DNA of 64,000 nucleotides from positions 50,862-114,861 of the forward strand of contig JAANOX010000195.1 in the NCBI GenBank assembly GCA_020184695.1, in the 5' to 3' direction. The position numbers and the translations under genes are program-made. The DNA comes from Histomonas meleagridis 2922-C6/04-290x (Eukaryota > Protista > Parabasalia). Below are positions 20,701 through 29,662 of this stretch, one piece after another. Position 1 is the first letter of the stretch. Each line of letters begins with the position of its first letter. The notes under the pieces are model-generated. The model was given only the letters and a program-made list of their open reading frames with translations. It was not told the DNA's origin and made no database searches.

Positions 20701-23257
20701 ATAAAACATTTTGATTTAATTGTGTTTCAATATTATCATCAAATAAATCAGGTGAATTCTTTACTAAATATTCAGTAATATCATGTACTAAATTACATGT
20801 TAAAGCAGGATAAAATGTTAATTTATTAATTAATTTTAATAAACATGAAAATAATAATTTATAATCTTCAGTAACAACATTTTCTTTTTTCTTTATCGAA
20901 TTAAATAAACTATCACAATTAATATAATATCCATCGATTTCTATACTTTGATGTTTAAGTTTTGGCTCGCTTAAAACTAATGAATAACATGAAGTAGAAT
21001 CAGGAATTTTATTTAAAAGGACATTTGTATATCTTAAATCTTCTTTATTAAGTTTTAATATTGAAGAAGAAATCTTCGCAATTAATTGGAATTGATTTGT
21101 TCTTTTAATGTTATTAATCCATTGTGGTAAATTAGAAGATTCATGTCTATAAAATGATTGTAATGAAGTTTTCATATGTTCATTAGATTCTAAAGCAGGA
21201 AAAAATAATTGTGTCCATTGATCATAAATTCCAGATTTTTCTTGTTCTTGAATTTTTACAAAAGGAAATATAATAATTGATAATAATGAAGTTAATTCTT
21301 CTAATTTCGGTTCTTCTTGTAATACACGTAAAACAGAATGAAATGAAAATTTTGTTGTTCCTAAATTACTATAAAAATATGATAACTTTTGTGGCTTATT
21401 ATTTTGATGTATTATAAAAAATATATTTAAAACTAACTCAATTAAAACATGATCTTTCGATACCATTGCTTTTAATATAAATCGATATAATGCATTACAT
21501 AATTGATTATTTTGATTAATTTGTAATGATAATTTATTATCAATAAAAGTCTTAATAAAAACTTGTCGTGTAAATAAAAACAAACTCGTATGTGATACTG
21601 GTTGATAAATTTTATCGAATTTTGTTGAAATCGTATTAAAAAATGCCAAATAATATGGAGTAGGATCCTTTAATTCCATTAATAACTTTTGATTTACACT
21701 TATATGATAACTATGATAAGGTTTATCAGGTAATAATAAATATAACTTCTCATATAAAAAAGGTTCTAATATCGCATTAGGTAACGTAGTAATTAACTTA
21801 ACAGAAAATTCAAATAATGATGAAACTTTATCAACGAATTCTTTGGTTGATAAGTTCTTAAATATAATATCAGATAAAATCGGAAATTGTGCTTGTGCTC
21901 TCATTTTTCCAACATTATCTAAAAGAAATGCAATATATTTTGCTACTCTTGATAAAATCGACATTATATAATATTCTGGTTTTGTAGGTACATCCATTGT
22001 TGTAAAAAGCACAAATAATTTCATCAAGCCCATGTTCGCATTTGCCCAAACGTCAAATTCAAATTCTGTTTTAGGATTAGTAAAGTCGACCATTTCATAA
22101 TCTAATTGTATCATTTGGAATGCGCCTGTTACTTGTTCCAAAAGATCACGTTGTAACCCGGGAGTAGCTTTAAATAATGCTGCTGAAACCATTGATTGCA
22201 TTAATACACTTGCCGGTATATTTAAATTTGACATATGAAAATGTCCAATCAATGGCATTATATAAGGTAATAAATATGATAAATTTGTATATGTTTTATT
22301 TTGAATACTTAACCATCCATGTAATGATCGTAAATAAAGAAATACTTTATGACATTTATTTAATGGTGGAAACATAAACGCTTGCATATTCTCCGTGATG
22401 TTTGAGATACAATAATTTGTGATTTCTTGCGTGCGTTGTTGTTCTTTAAAAATTAATAAACAACATAATAATGAAAAATAATTGGAATAAATATAATAAT
22501 TATTCGCGTCATTAGAGATTTGATTCCGAAATTTTAAAACAAGTGATAACGATTTAGAACTTAGAAATTTAACGGATTCTTCAAGTCGTGAGATTAAATG
22601 AAATAATTTACCCGTTAAAAGTTCATGTTGATGTGTGTAAAATGATGAATTACGTGCACGAAGGAGAATATCAGTAAATGATATAAGCGTATCAAGAAGT
22701 GTAGGTAAAACAGATTTGACTTTTTGATCAAATATAAATAATGTAGATCTGCATGTACGTGAAAAGGTTAATAAAAACTTGATGTCACATCCCGGTAAAT
22801 CATCATAATTTTTGGGGATTTTATTGAGAATAATTTTGAAAAAATCTTCTACATTTTCTTGTGTAGAAGACTTAAAGGAGGAATAAAAATCTAATAACGC
22901 AACATATGTAAGAGATAATACAGATCCTTTTGTTTGACGCAGATAAATAAACAATATGGTTTCGATTTGTTGTAATAAATCAAAACTTTTGATTAGTGTA
23001 GGTCTTAAAAAACGAATAAATTGTATGACCTTTTTTTGATATGATTTGTTTTCTTCATTTTCAAGAAAGTTATTTAATAATTGAAGAAAATATTCGATGA
23101 GTAAATTATAATTTGGAATAAGTTCTGAGTCAAGGGAATTTACAAGGTAAGTACTAATTTGATCAAAAAGAGAGGGTGTAAGTGTTATGTTGGATTTTGG
23201 ATTATGTAAAGATTTTAGGAAAATCCCAATTTCATCCATTGAATCTAATCCAACCAT
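14789..23257 (-). CDS. Large PIKK-family HEAT protein, TRRAP/Tra1-like pseudokinase
   Basis: 2822-aa ORF; C-terminal RQSFMSNLGLFSVLRFVF resembles the TRRAP pseudokinase helix; FATC-like end ENSHNELPYAYSWI; no catalytic DRH/DFG seen. Confidence 0.62.
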   Translation of the reverse strand: MVGLDSMDEIGIFLKSLHNPKSNITLTPSLFDQISTYLVNSLDSELIPNYNLLIEYFLQLLNNFLENEENKSYQKKVIQFIRFLRPTLIKSFDLLQQIETILFIYLRQTKGSVLSLTYVALLDFYSSFKSSTQENVEDFFKIILNKIPKNYDDLPGCDIKFLLTFSRTCRSTLFIFDQKVKSVLPTLLDTLISFTDILLRARNSSFYTHQHELLTGKLFHLISRLEESVKFLSSKSLSLVLKFRNQISNDANNYYIYSNYFSLLCCLLIFKEQQRTQEITNYCISNITENMQAFMFPPLNKCHKVFLYLRSLHGWLSIQNKTYTNLSYLLPYIMPLIGHFHMSNLNIPASVLMQSMVSAALFKATPGLQRDLLEQVTGAFQMIQLDYEMVDFTNPKTEFEFDVWANANMGLMKLFVLFTTMDVPTKPEYYIMSILSRVAKYIAFLLDNVGKMRAQAQFPILSDIIFKNLSTKEFVDKVSSLFEFSVKLITTLPNAILEPFLYEKLYLLLPDKPYHSYHISVNQKLLMELKDPTPYYLAFFNTISTKFDKIYQPVSHTSLFLFTRQVFIKTFIDNKLSLQINQNNQLCNALYRFILKAMVSKDHVLIELVLNIFFIIHQNNKPQKLSYFYSNLGTTKFSFHSVLRVLQEEPKLEELTSLLSIIIFPFVKIQEQEKSGIYDQWTQLFFPALESNEHMKTSLQSFYRHESSNLPQWINNIKRTNQFQLIAKISSSILKLNKEDLRYTNVLLNKIPDSTSCYSLVLSEPKLKHQSIEIDGYYINCDSLFNSIKKKENVVTEDYKLLFSCLLKLINKLTFYPALTCNLVHDITEYLVKNSPDLFDDNIETQLNQNVLYIYLVLKHHYLREKSNPINYIDDYVDFLEHCKMICSYRKLISTSVSLINDILPIIPLSSIYSSIIPSLFQASMYDFEHVKDVIQTKIFSKIEHLSKNDEIFREIVSHFHSRVTQFIGKIRKLAIWGLKELHIEYVNQNQFNRFFTEFFKNEQTYKYYHRFQFMLYQDYSNIPNSYEICEKLINTFTNLKIEKIPKEISILFKDITYQEPSLIPINNAKFILKLLARFLIKMPSNNQSTLIWEKLFKTLKSEKFRSFINYFIKVIDKLLDENKIIQSLPNEILNIFGTSNRMPQNPCQCDDIIIFRFLFSHSKVIPTHEIVLWIQAFLCKLSQQNSNFIKSLSTELFLFIKNIHEKDEKINLTSCISASIDLTISPQSSRIPLSLPINIFVDSMPEMVLNIFIIYLKKSNNFEYIILLFNLIFDIKLPKFRDICLNKLYKNLDNFIDFIKKIPKIDLNYLKSRCLSIISNSIDKFKEDDINILLLQNISIELIKKLTQSNDKILTYTPSVLLGFQKIFLPMNFINFYTIDSELLNNLLYNILPLIISCTNIFHHPIFLIYFLGFVKKLEPNVQKIIYNIIPTLQYNNAYEKAFIYHLMIDKFKTFPFETEYQFNVNFDDLNNLTAFQAYFLNTIITSAGFIKNVNIPDFQKCPFIYSCPSSYALSIIYGINDKKFHSFSHMLHVCNILLNTKNEIISSEEFTNLMIHYLTRTQMFYKTVPNKFNKIFQITHFADYNNDQYCNLILTNITFNIFNKINVFERSLYFLTYACKRLHLNKNFSNRLFEVNLQMILTVYERFPDQVFSVGFDHETIEEYVKNVDLEINPIEFDLIARIKNILSNELKENQTKNIQLLKFFYQLISSLARLLIIQNESTPTVLKTLSPKAILASNHFKDLLPFYQKAVQSINLYQEFTIENKIFEELYQLILNKNKNEPISEPFGTPFTTISQWISEITNLQTLFQLKSFLKAFKPMTKTQFRTMIYSLKVPVNNYVLTYIKNLILNEFQFENQDEEMFCRNNLAISNIFITQSNDFINDCWNFNWGQYNEFYHLVIFLRLLLPNNLVEHILTFHETDLIETVSIVISNLNERSKINRFFEYYINVYPNTGLSYCIWQTKSRILGLPLCQNTLIKNMEYLNSRNYIDDSLGLLKTKFKNLYIASSYLQLTHYRAAKSYFLNEMDKDYNTYFYSLIELMKISINLSLPFTTDLYEKFVTRKPNSNNNEFKLPFSLFFQQSSLNIPTILPNQTNNPPDLTTYLSQTYLPYILYIALNDEFNVALQILQQRSLPNSATISTKSKYFWMKALDMQTALSSMLSLRISFCQRIEGSNITNIGNIGGNIPNDPSSTQNIKQQSQEVLINNLNVFIRLLLKSGATHSALKQYRNISQNKPLHVKKHILPSILLFLQNSLVYAQTKWFQNLQSQCNLILGNYQSFPTFYKNGKLSKQWYFVVINLIRKFPQCINIKTIFKTIQGQLILSTDSATLFITLAISIVKQNNAYHKFFETDFLNNFITDPFLPFFLRWLQPIFEICKAIPSEFLFLLYKSHPSLFLITIKHIKNSNLNTEFHQIDEFLLRIKNSKENHTQSDLQKIFNWIDDIEEDIKTLDNNAINHIKFYKSLYKNKYDINNYNELKQKAIFLKDNQPILKTNNTKIQLSYQAGLKFPAINSNIIHAYVQSDGVNETQLKFITVRGELKQIMLVSSRLYQLTYREYLFILGITKYIEKCQSSKLRSHFMFYPMTYLIHPFLSLVHSSSLRTQITMINDNISLLFLKAYKKDIHKDSSPLSTKNKIKIKTDRNYIVNFFLNRCDGSKANFLFMRQSFMSNLGLFSVLRFVFNSSLNVLPNLCFFDDCMKTCVPGFIKSDFNKIPQIPVTKALMKLTPKYILNGTFSTTWNVIPLAFERNIDYIRVLLGSLLNENEIIGKIINRIELMAPIEAEETDKTDDPFPFALLEHIIDCAENSHNELPYAYSWI

Positions 23258-23560
23258 GAAATCCGTTTATTATTCGTGAAACGATATTAACCGTTTCTGC
23301 TTATTAATTTATTAAACTATTTTACGCTTTTATCTACCCAAAATTTTCAACATATACTGGTTAAAATGAGGATACTGGTTATATAAAAACACTCACACAT
23401 TTACCGTTATTAATTTAATAAAATTGATTTTGTGTTGAATCAATGCAAGAAATTTCTTTTTATATTAAAAATTGTGAATTATTATACGATTTATTTTCTA
23501 ACATGCTTATAATTTTGTATTAGTTAAAAATGAAATTACAAAATATTTATTATGATTAAT

Positions 23561-24646
23561 CTAATCTAAATTTATAATTCCGTTTGTATCATCAGCAATT
23601 ATTAGATTAAAATGTGGCGCTTTTATCATTCGTATTCCTTCTATGTCGGTGCCTTTTTGATTTTCATTGGTTAATAAAACATAATTTTTAATGTTTTGCT
23701 CTTTTGCTAATAACTTAAATTCAGCACATTTACTATTTAACGTTTCTTCCATCTGTTTTCCTTGTGGTCTGGTATCAAAAACTTCAACTTTTTGGAAAGC
23801 TTGACGAATTGGATTTCCATTTACATAAACTTCAACTATTTGGTATACAAGAAACCATTTGCCTTTTTGTTCATTGTAAAAATAGAATCCAATGAAAATA
23901 AAAACGCATTTGTTATTTTCATTTTTTCCAATTATTTCTGTTTGATAATGTTCAAGACATCGCATATGTTCCTTTAAACAAACATTTAGATGTTTTTCGA
24001 TGTCAAATTGAAAATTACGAACTGTTCCATCATTGTGAAAAATGAGAATTTTGATAGTTGAGATACAATTAACAACTATAGAAAGTGGTGAAATGATCAA
24101 AGATGATTCAAAATCCCATGAAAAATTTGATGAGTTAGATGGAAATCCGTAATGAAAAATTTTCGTTTCATCAAAAATCAATGTGAGATATACAAAATGA
24201 TCAATATCAAACTTATTATATCCAAATACTATGTATTTAATTCCTATGTTGGGCAGTTGAAGTAATTTAATACAAAATCCTGATGTTGATGCATGAGAAT
24301 TAATCCGACCATTTTGTGTAAACAATGGATACTGTCTAAGCGGACCTGTAAGAGAACAGTCAACTGGATTGAAGTTCCAAATCATTAGTGAGCAAAACAA
24401 CCCATTTTCAATTTTAAAGAGATGAAAAGAAATTAATTGATTTCCACTCAAATCAAACCCAAGAATTGTGTTTCCTGGAACGCCAAATTCGCCATCACCA
24501 ATCATTCTATTAGTGATTATATGAGGATACATTGATGGCCATACATCATCCATTATGTTTTTAGAATCCACAAAACCTATAAAATCTCTCATAATAAAAT
24601 TTCTTGTGTTTACATTTTCTTTAGCTAAGAAACAACATGAATGCAT
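23561..24646 (-). CDS. Putative DCAF15-like CRL4 substrate receptor
   Basis: By-eye similarity to remembered DCAF15 blocks: GNTILGFDLSGNQLISF, LMIWNFN..LRQYPLF, YIVFGYN, FVYLTL; not verified by search. Confidence 0.55.
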   Translation of the reverse strand: MHSCCFLAKENVNTRNFIMRDFIGFVDSKNIMDDVWPSMYPHIITNRMIGDGEFGVPGNTILGFDLSGNQLISFHLFKIENGLFCSLMIWNFNPVDCSLTGPLRQYPLFTQNGRINSHASTSGFCIKLLQLPNIGIKYIVFGYNKFDIDHFVYLTLIFDETKIFHYGFPSNSSNFSWDFESSLIISPLSIVVNCISTIKILIFHNDGTVRNFQFDIEKHLNVCLKEHMRCLEHYQTEIIGKNENNKCVFIFIGFYFYNEQKGKWFLVYQIVEVYVNGNPIRQAFQKVEVFDTRPQGKQMEETLNSKCAEFKLLAKEQNIKNYVLLTNENQKGTDIEGIRMIKAPHFNLIIADDTNGIINLD

Positions 24647-24913
24647 GCATTTAAATCGAAAAAATCCTATATATTATGATTAAATTTAGAAAAATTGTTT
24701 TTGAATATATAATAAGCATAAAAAATAAAAAAGATATTTTGAGTATTTAAGATGCTAATCAACAATATTTCGAGATAATTCTGTTTTTCATCAAAAATTT
24801 ACAAAAGTGACAATAAAATCATGATTTATAACTTATAAGTTATATATGTAGAATATAAATAAGTTTGAATTCATCATATGCCACATATTATGAATAACGT
24901 TTAATATCATCAA

Positions 24914-25354
24914 TTAAAAATTTAAAATCAAAAAAATATCCATGTCAGAAAGTAATTCTTTGATGTCAATTCCAGAAATGTTAAATTCTTTGATCGCTTG
25001 TGAAATTGGCGAATCTTCAATTAATGGAATAATTTGAGTGGTACCATCACCTATGTTGATGATAATGCTGGAATGAAGGCCTTCTGATTTAAGTGAAAAA
25101 AGCATTTATTCCCTGATACTTTTCAAACATGATTTAGGCCATTTTACTTCTGTAAATTGTAGGATCTAGAAGATTGTCAATAAAGAGTTTTGTATTTCAT
25201 CAAAATAGTGAGAGTTATTATCCTGAATTATTTCCATTTCATTCCAATTTTTTAAAGAACCTTGAATGGTGCTCAATTGGCTTCTTAACATTAAGTAGTA
25301 TGTCGTAGTGGTTACAACATAAAATGCACCAAATTCGAATGGGCTTCCTAACAT
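24914..25354 (-). pseudogene. Fragmented actin-like gene relic
   Basis: IQGSLKNWNEMEII and SIIINIGDGTTQIIPL..FNISGIDI match the intact actin-like gene at 38990..40090; split into short ORFs with deletions and stops. Confidence 0.7.
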
Positions 25355-25706
25355 TGTGCTTGTTCCTTATCTATAATTCTTGTATTATAATCCAATTAAA
25401 CTTTTTTTTTTTTACACTGGGATATGAAGTCATATTAACTTAGTAAAATCTTATAAATAAATTATTTTAGCAATTCTAAATATATCTTATGCTGATGATG
25501 TATTTACTATAACTTTTAAAATTTTGCGAATAAATATCTTGAAGTGCCAAAAACCAGAAAACATTAATGGTTTTTCTGAAAAAAATATTCAATTTTGTTC
25601 ATTACTATCGGGGCGCTTTCATTTATGTAACTACCATTTCTTTGATACAATTATCAACTCGGTTTCATATTTTTGCTGATTTTGCTTAGAAATGGTTTTA
25701 TTTGTA

Positions 25707-25710
<4 letters not shown>

Positions 25711-25745
<35 letters not shown>
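25711..25745. repeat. (TA)n microsatellite
   Basis: About 17 uninterrupted TA units. Confidence 0.95.
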
Positions 25746-25747
<2 letters not shown>

Positions 25748-26001
25748 ATATAAATTGTTTTATTGTTCTTTTGATTAAAAAATAATTTAATAAAAAAAAA
25801 TCATCTTTCTTTGATGAAAAAAACTTTTCTTTAACAATTAATGTAATACCTCTTATCCACAAAATATTTATAAAGCTTTCATCTGCTTAAGTTGCAGATG
25901 ATGTTTGTTTTGTATTTTGATAGTGATTAATATAAAGACAAAATTTTCTTTGAATTTTCATTTTTTGATACTGCTTAAAAAACCATTTATTAAAATCATA
26001 T

Positions 26002-26508
26002 ATGTTAACAAATTATGTAACTCTAATGCCACGAAGGGCATCAAAAAAGCCGCACCCTCGAGTCCCATTTTCGAAAGATGAGGATGAAAAATTAAAAGAA
26101 CTTGTAAAAATTCATGGGGAAAATTGGAATGAAGTTTCAGAAAAAATGGGAAACCGAAATCCTAGGCAATGCAAAGAAAGATGGACCCATTACTTATCTC
26201 CAGAAATAATCTCAAAACCATGGACTATGGAAGAAGATGATTTCTTGAAAAAGAAGCTGAATGAATTTGGTCCAAAATGGGTAAAAATTTCGAGGTTTTT
26301 TCCAAATAGAACAGATGCTCAACTTAAAAACAGATGGTTTGTATTGATTAGGAAAGAATCTAAAAAAAGAAAAAAAGAAATCAGAAATGAAATTAGTCCA
26401 ATTCATGAAACAAATCAGGGATTTACATTTAATCTAAACTCAAGTGAGTTTCAAATATTTAATGATTTGTTAGATAATATGAAATTGGAACATGATTTCG
26501 AATCTTAA
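26002..26508 (+). CDS. R2R3 Myb DNA-binding protein
   Basis: FSKDEDEKL..NW..RNPRQCKERW and WTMEEDDFL..GPKW..RTDAQLKNRW repeats. Confidence 0.93.
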   Translation: MLTNYVTLMPRRASKKPHPRVPFSKDEDEKLKELVKIHGENWNEVSEKMGNRNPRQCKERWTHYLSPEIISKPWTMEEDDFLKKKLNEFGPKWVKISRFFPNRTDAQLKNRWFVLIRKESKKRKKEIRNEISPIHETNQGFTFNLNSSEFQIFNDLLDNMKLEHDFES

Positions 26509-26609
26509 AGAAGGGTTGATATTATTTTTTAGAATAAAACTTGTAAATTTTTGTTTTTTCGGAGGTTTTGGAGGTTATGACAAAGGGTAATTTTTTACCA
26601 CATTTTCAG

Positions 26610-26855
26610 ATGGATGAAGAACAAAGCAACCAAGAGAACGGAGCTATTATAATCCAAAATTTACAGACTCAAATTGACGACAACAAAAAAAGAATTGAAG
26701 AACTCGAAAGTATTGTTGAATCTCTTGAAACTACAATTCGGAATGCAGAAACCAGTAGCCAAAACTCAAAGCTCAATGCAGTTTTTACATGGATACCTCT
26801 CATTTTCTTAGTTATTGGATATTTATTCAAACGACTGAGTTTAGATCAAGAATGA
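26610..26855 (+). CDS. Small coiled-coil, tail-anchored membrane protein
   Basis: ATG 26610 after Inr-like CACATTTT; heptad region LQTQIDDNKKRIEELESIVESLE; C-terminal TM AVFTWIPLIFLVIGYLF. Confidence 0.62.
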   Translation: MDEEQSNQENGAIIIQNLQTQIDDNKKRIEELESIVESLETTIRNAETSSQNSKLNAVFTWIPLIFLVIGYLFKRLSLDQE

Positions 26856-26897
26856 TTACATATTTTTTTTGTAAGTAACAATAAATAAAACATTCAT

Positions 26898-28175
26898 TTA
26901 TAATTCATGGATTTCAATGTACTTCCTTGAAGCAGCCATGATTGTGTTATGAAGAATTGTTAATCTTTCATTGAGTATTTTTTTGTGATTTTGAACCAAT
27001 GATTCAGTATATGATTCATTTGTTTCTTTAGATCTGACTAACTCATCATTAAGATCAATATAAAGTTTCGCAAGAAGTCCGAGTAAATATCCTGATGAGT
27101 TTGCTATCGCATGATCGAAATCAATTCTCCATACCAAAAAGTGCTTTTTTAGTTTTGTGTGTGGGGCATCCTGAAGTTGATCGTAAAAGAGCACCCCGAG
27201 AAACCGTAACTTTTCAAGGAGTTTTTGGCCGGATGGCAAAAGACACAATTCACAAAGCATTGAAGTTTCAAGGTGTTCTCTTTTAAGAAGTAGGTTTAAC
27301 ACTCTTCTTGCAAGAGGATAACCTATTTCTGATAAAAGTTGTGCAATTTTCTTGATTTTGAAATTTCGAATAGCTAACGCAGGCGTTAAAACCCATTCGT
27401 TTTGTGAGATTATGGAATATTCTTTAGAACGGAGAATTCCATATATTCCGTTGATTTCTTTGGGGGTAATTCCTGTAATTGAAGCAATCATTGGCGTGAC
27501 TTCTTCGACATTGAATTCCGCATTTTCTTTGTTCAAAAGTGTTCCAAAGAAAAGTTCGGGTGAAAACAACGCACGAACAACTTCAATAACTCTGTGGTCA
27601 TTATATTGAACAAGAGATTCAAGTGCAAAAAGTCTTTGCTTCATGAAGAAATAACCAACATTAAATGAGAGACAACCTTGTTCATCAGCAAATAATACAT
27701 TTATTGAAGCAAGATGTTCAATTACAAATAACAGGCGTGAGTTATTGATTTCGGGATTTTTAGTTGCTATGGAGTTGGCTAGTTTTTGTGCAGTGAGTGT
27801 TTGCTCATCAAATACTTTTTTCATCACCAAATTTATAATTTCTTTATCTTGAGGAATTGGCGCAAAACTCAATGCAAACTCGGTAAAATGTGAGTAAAGT
27901 AAGATATTAAATATTTGCTGAAAGTTAATTTGGAATGGTTCTGTTTGGATAATCTTATTGTGGACAAGAAGAGAAATTGCTTCAGAAAATTCTGCTTTTT
28001 TTAAAGTCACAACATCTTTTAATTCTTGAAGGTTTGTTACATTTTTTTCGATTGCAACAGTTAAAAGATAATTACAATTTTGTCCATAAGAATTACCGAC
28101 AATTTTCAAACAGAGGGCTGTTAAAATTTCGTTATGATCACGCCCCCAACAAGCTGCTGCTTCTTCCATTTGCAT
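26898..28175 (-). CDS. RNA polymerase III subunit RPC3/RPC62/RPC82-like
   Basis: Winged-helix-type repeats and C-terminal LARRVLNLLLKREHLET..FLVWRIDF..coiled coil pattern typical of POLR3C. Confidence 0.72.
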   Translation of the reverse strand: MQMEEAAACWGRDHNEILTALCLKIVGNSYGQNCNYLLTVAIEKNVTNLQELKDVVTLKKAEFSEAISLLVHNKIIQTEPFQINFQQIFNILLYSHFTEFALSFAPIPQDKEIINLVMKKVFDEQTLTAQKLANSIATKNPEINNSRLLFVIEHLASINVLFADEQGCLSFNVGYFFMKQRLFALESLVQYNDHRVIEVVRALFSPELFFGTLLNKENAEFNVEEVTPMIASITGITPKEINGIYGILRSKEYSIISQNEWVLTPALAIRNFKIKKIAQLLSEIGYPLARRVLNLLLKREHLETSMLCELCLLPSGQKLLEKLRFLGVLFYDQLQDAPHTKLKKHFLVWRIDFDHAIANSSGYLLGLLAKLYIDLNDELVRSKETNESYTESLVQNHKKILNERLTILHNTIMAASRKYIEIHEL

Positions 28176-28324
28176 TTTTTTCTAATGTGTTTTTGGTATC
28201 TCCACAGTTCGTTTATTATAAGGCGCCCTAAAGTAATTTGTGAAACATATAGAATTTCTGAATACTTTACATATGTGAATTATTTTTTTTCAAAAGCACA
28301 CTTGATCAAGTTGTCAATGTTGAA

Positions 28325-29662
28325 ATGCTAAATACTCTTAAAAACTTGGTTTTTGGTTTAACTGAAGAAAATGTTAATGTAACTGTTCATCAAACAATGG
28401 ATTTGTTTGATTCAAATTTCCCATGTTCGTTTAATTTTCTTTTAAGTATAATAATTTTATCATCATTCTCCACTCGAGTAGATGAAAGTTCTATTTACTT
28501 ACGCTATTTACAAGAAATTCAAAAAAAGCAAGAAATGCTTAAAAATAGTTTTAGAATCATTCATATATTTGGAATTTTCCTATCTGAAATAATGAACCAA
28601 GAAGCACTCTACCTTCTTGATAAAATGTTTGAGCAAAATTTAATTGATATAAAACCCCTCAGAAAAAAATCTTTCTATTTTTCTCATTATCAAGGAATTC
28701 GTATTCTGTTCGATTCTTCAGAGGGTTTCGTCCTGGACTTCTGCAAAGATCGCACCAAACTTTCAAAGAATGATTGGGAACTTCATAAGAAATATGTTAA
28801 AGAAGGAGTTAATCCAAATGAAATTGCGAAAATAATTCGAAATGATGAAATCGAAAAGCTTCAAGAAATCTCATCACACAATAATTTTGATTATAATCAA
28901 ACAATTAAACCATCACTTTATGAAAGATGCTCATTTGTTAATCAGAAAAATGTTACATTAATTGATTATGCAGCATTTTTTTCTTCAGTTAAATGTTTTA
29001 AATATTTACTTATGAATAATGCAAGTGTAGAAAATACAGGCAAATATGCAGTTGCAGGTGGAAATGAAGAAATCATTCATTTATGTGAACAAAATCATTC
29101 ATCATTTGAAGATGCATGTGAAGCTGCAATTAAATATCATCGAAATGATATATTTAAATATATTTATGAAAACAAATTAGAAAAATTGAATAATCATAGT
29201 GAACAAGAAGACCCTTTAACTGGCAATGCAAATCAAGCTCCAAATTCATTTAATAATGGAAATTTAAATCCAGGTTTAAACGGTAATGGAAATCAACACA
29301 TACCATTGTTCAATAGCATAGGATTATTAAATAGATTTAAAGATAATATTTCCTCGAAAATGAATTTAAATTTTTTGGGATATTTTTGTATTAATAATGC
29401 AAATTATGAAATTCTTTCATTTTTGGAAGATAGTGGAATGAAACCTGATGAAAATTTTATTTATAAAATAGCAAGTATTGGCGACTTATATCATGTTAAA
29501 TACTTTCTTAAAAATGTTCAAATTCCGAAAGATATTTTATTATTCTCATCAAAATCAGGAAATATTGAACTTGTAAAATTTTGTCTTGAACAAGAAGGCA
29601 TTGATTTAGATGCAAGATACAAAATTAATGGAAATTGTTTAAATTATTTGATACTCCGTTAA
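28325..29662 (+). CDS. DUF3447-type ankyrin protein 1, N-terminal ORF (coding probably continues through the interrupted array to ~32500)
   Basis: IIRNDEIEKLQ, LIDYAAFFSSVKCFKYLL, AVAGGNEEIIHLCEQ, AIKYHRNDIFKYI; ORF leaves frame in the first spacer (29621-29652). Confidence 0.88.
   Translation: MLNTLKNLVFGLTEENVNVTVHQTMDLFDSNFPCSFNFLLSIIILSSFSTRVDESSIYLRYLQEIQKKQEMLKNSFRIIHIFGIFLSEIMNQEALYLLDKMFEQNLIDIKPLRKKSFYFSHYQGIRILFDSSEGFVLDFCKDRTKLSKNDWELHKKYVKEGVNPNEIAKIIRNDEIEKLQEISSHNNFDYNQTIKPSLYERCSFVNQKNVTLIDYAAFFSSVKCFKYLLMNNASVENTGKYAVAGGNEEIIHLCEQNHSSFEDACEAAIKYHRNDIFKYIYENKLEKLNNHSEQEDPLTGNANQAPNSFNNGNLNPGLNGNGNQHIPLFNSIGLLNRFKDNISSKMNLNFLGYFCINNANYEILSFLEDSGMKPDENFIYKIASIGDLYHVKYFLKNVQIPKDILLFSSKSGNIELVKFCLEQEGIDLDARYKINGNCLNYLILR

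Noticed and set aside
14797-22377. Short antisense ORFs inside long genes
   Set aside because: Expected shadow ORFs with no motifs; the same applies to similar ORFs across the window.
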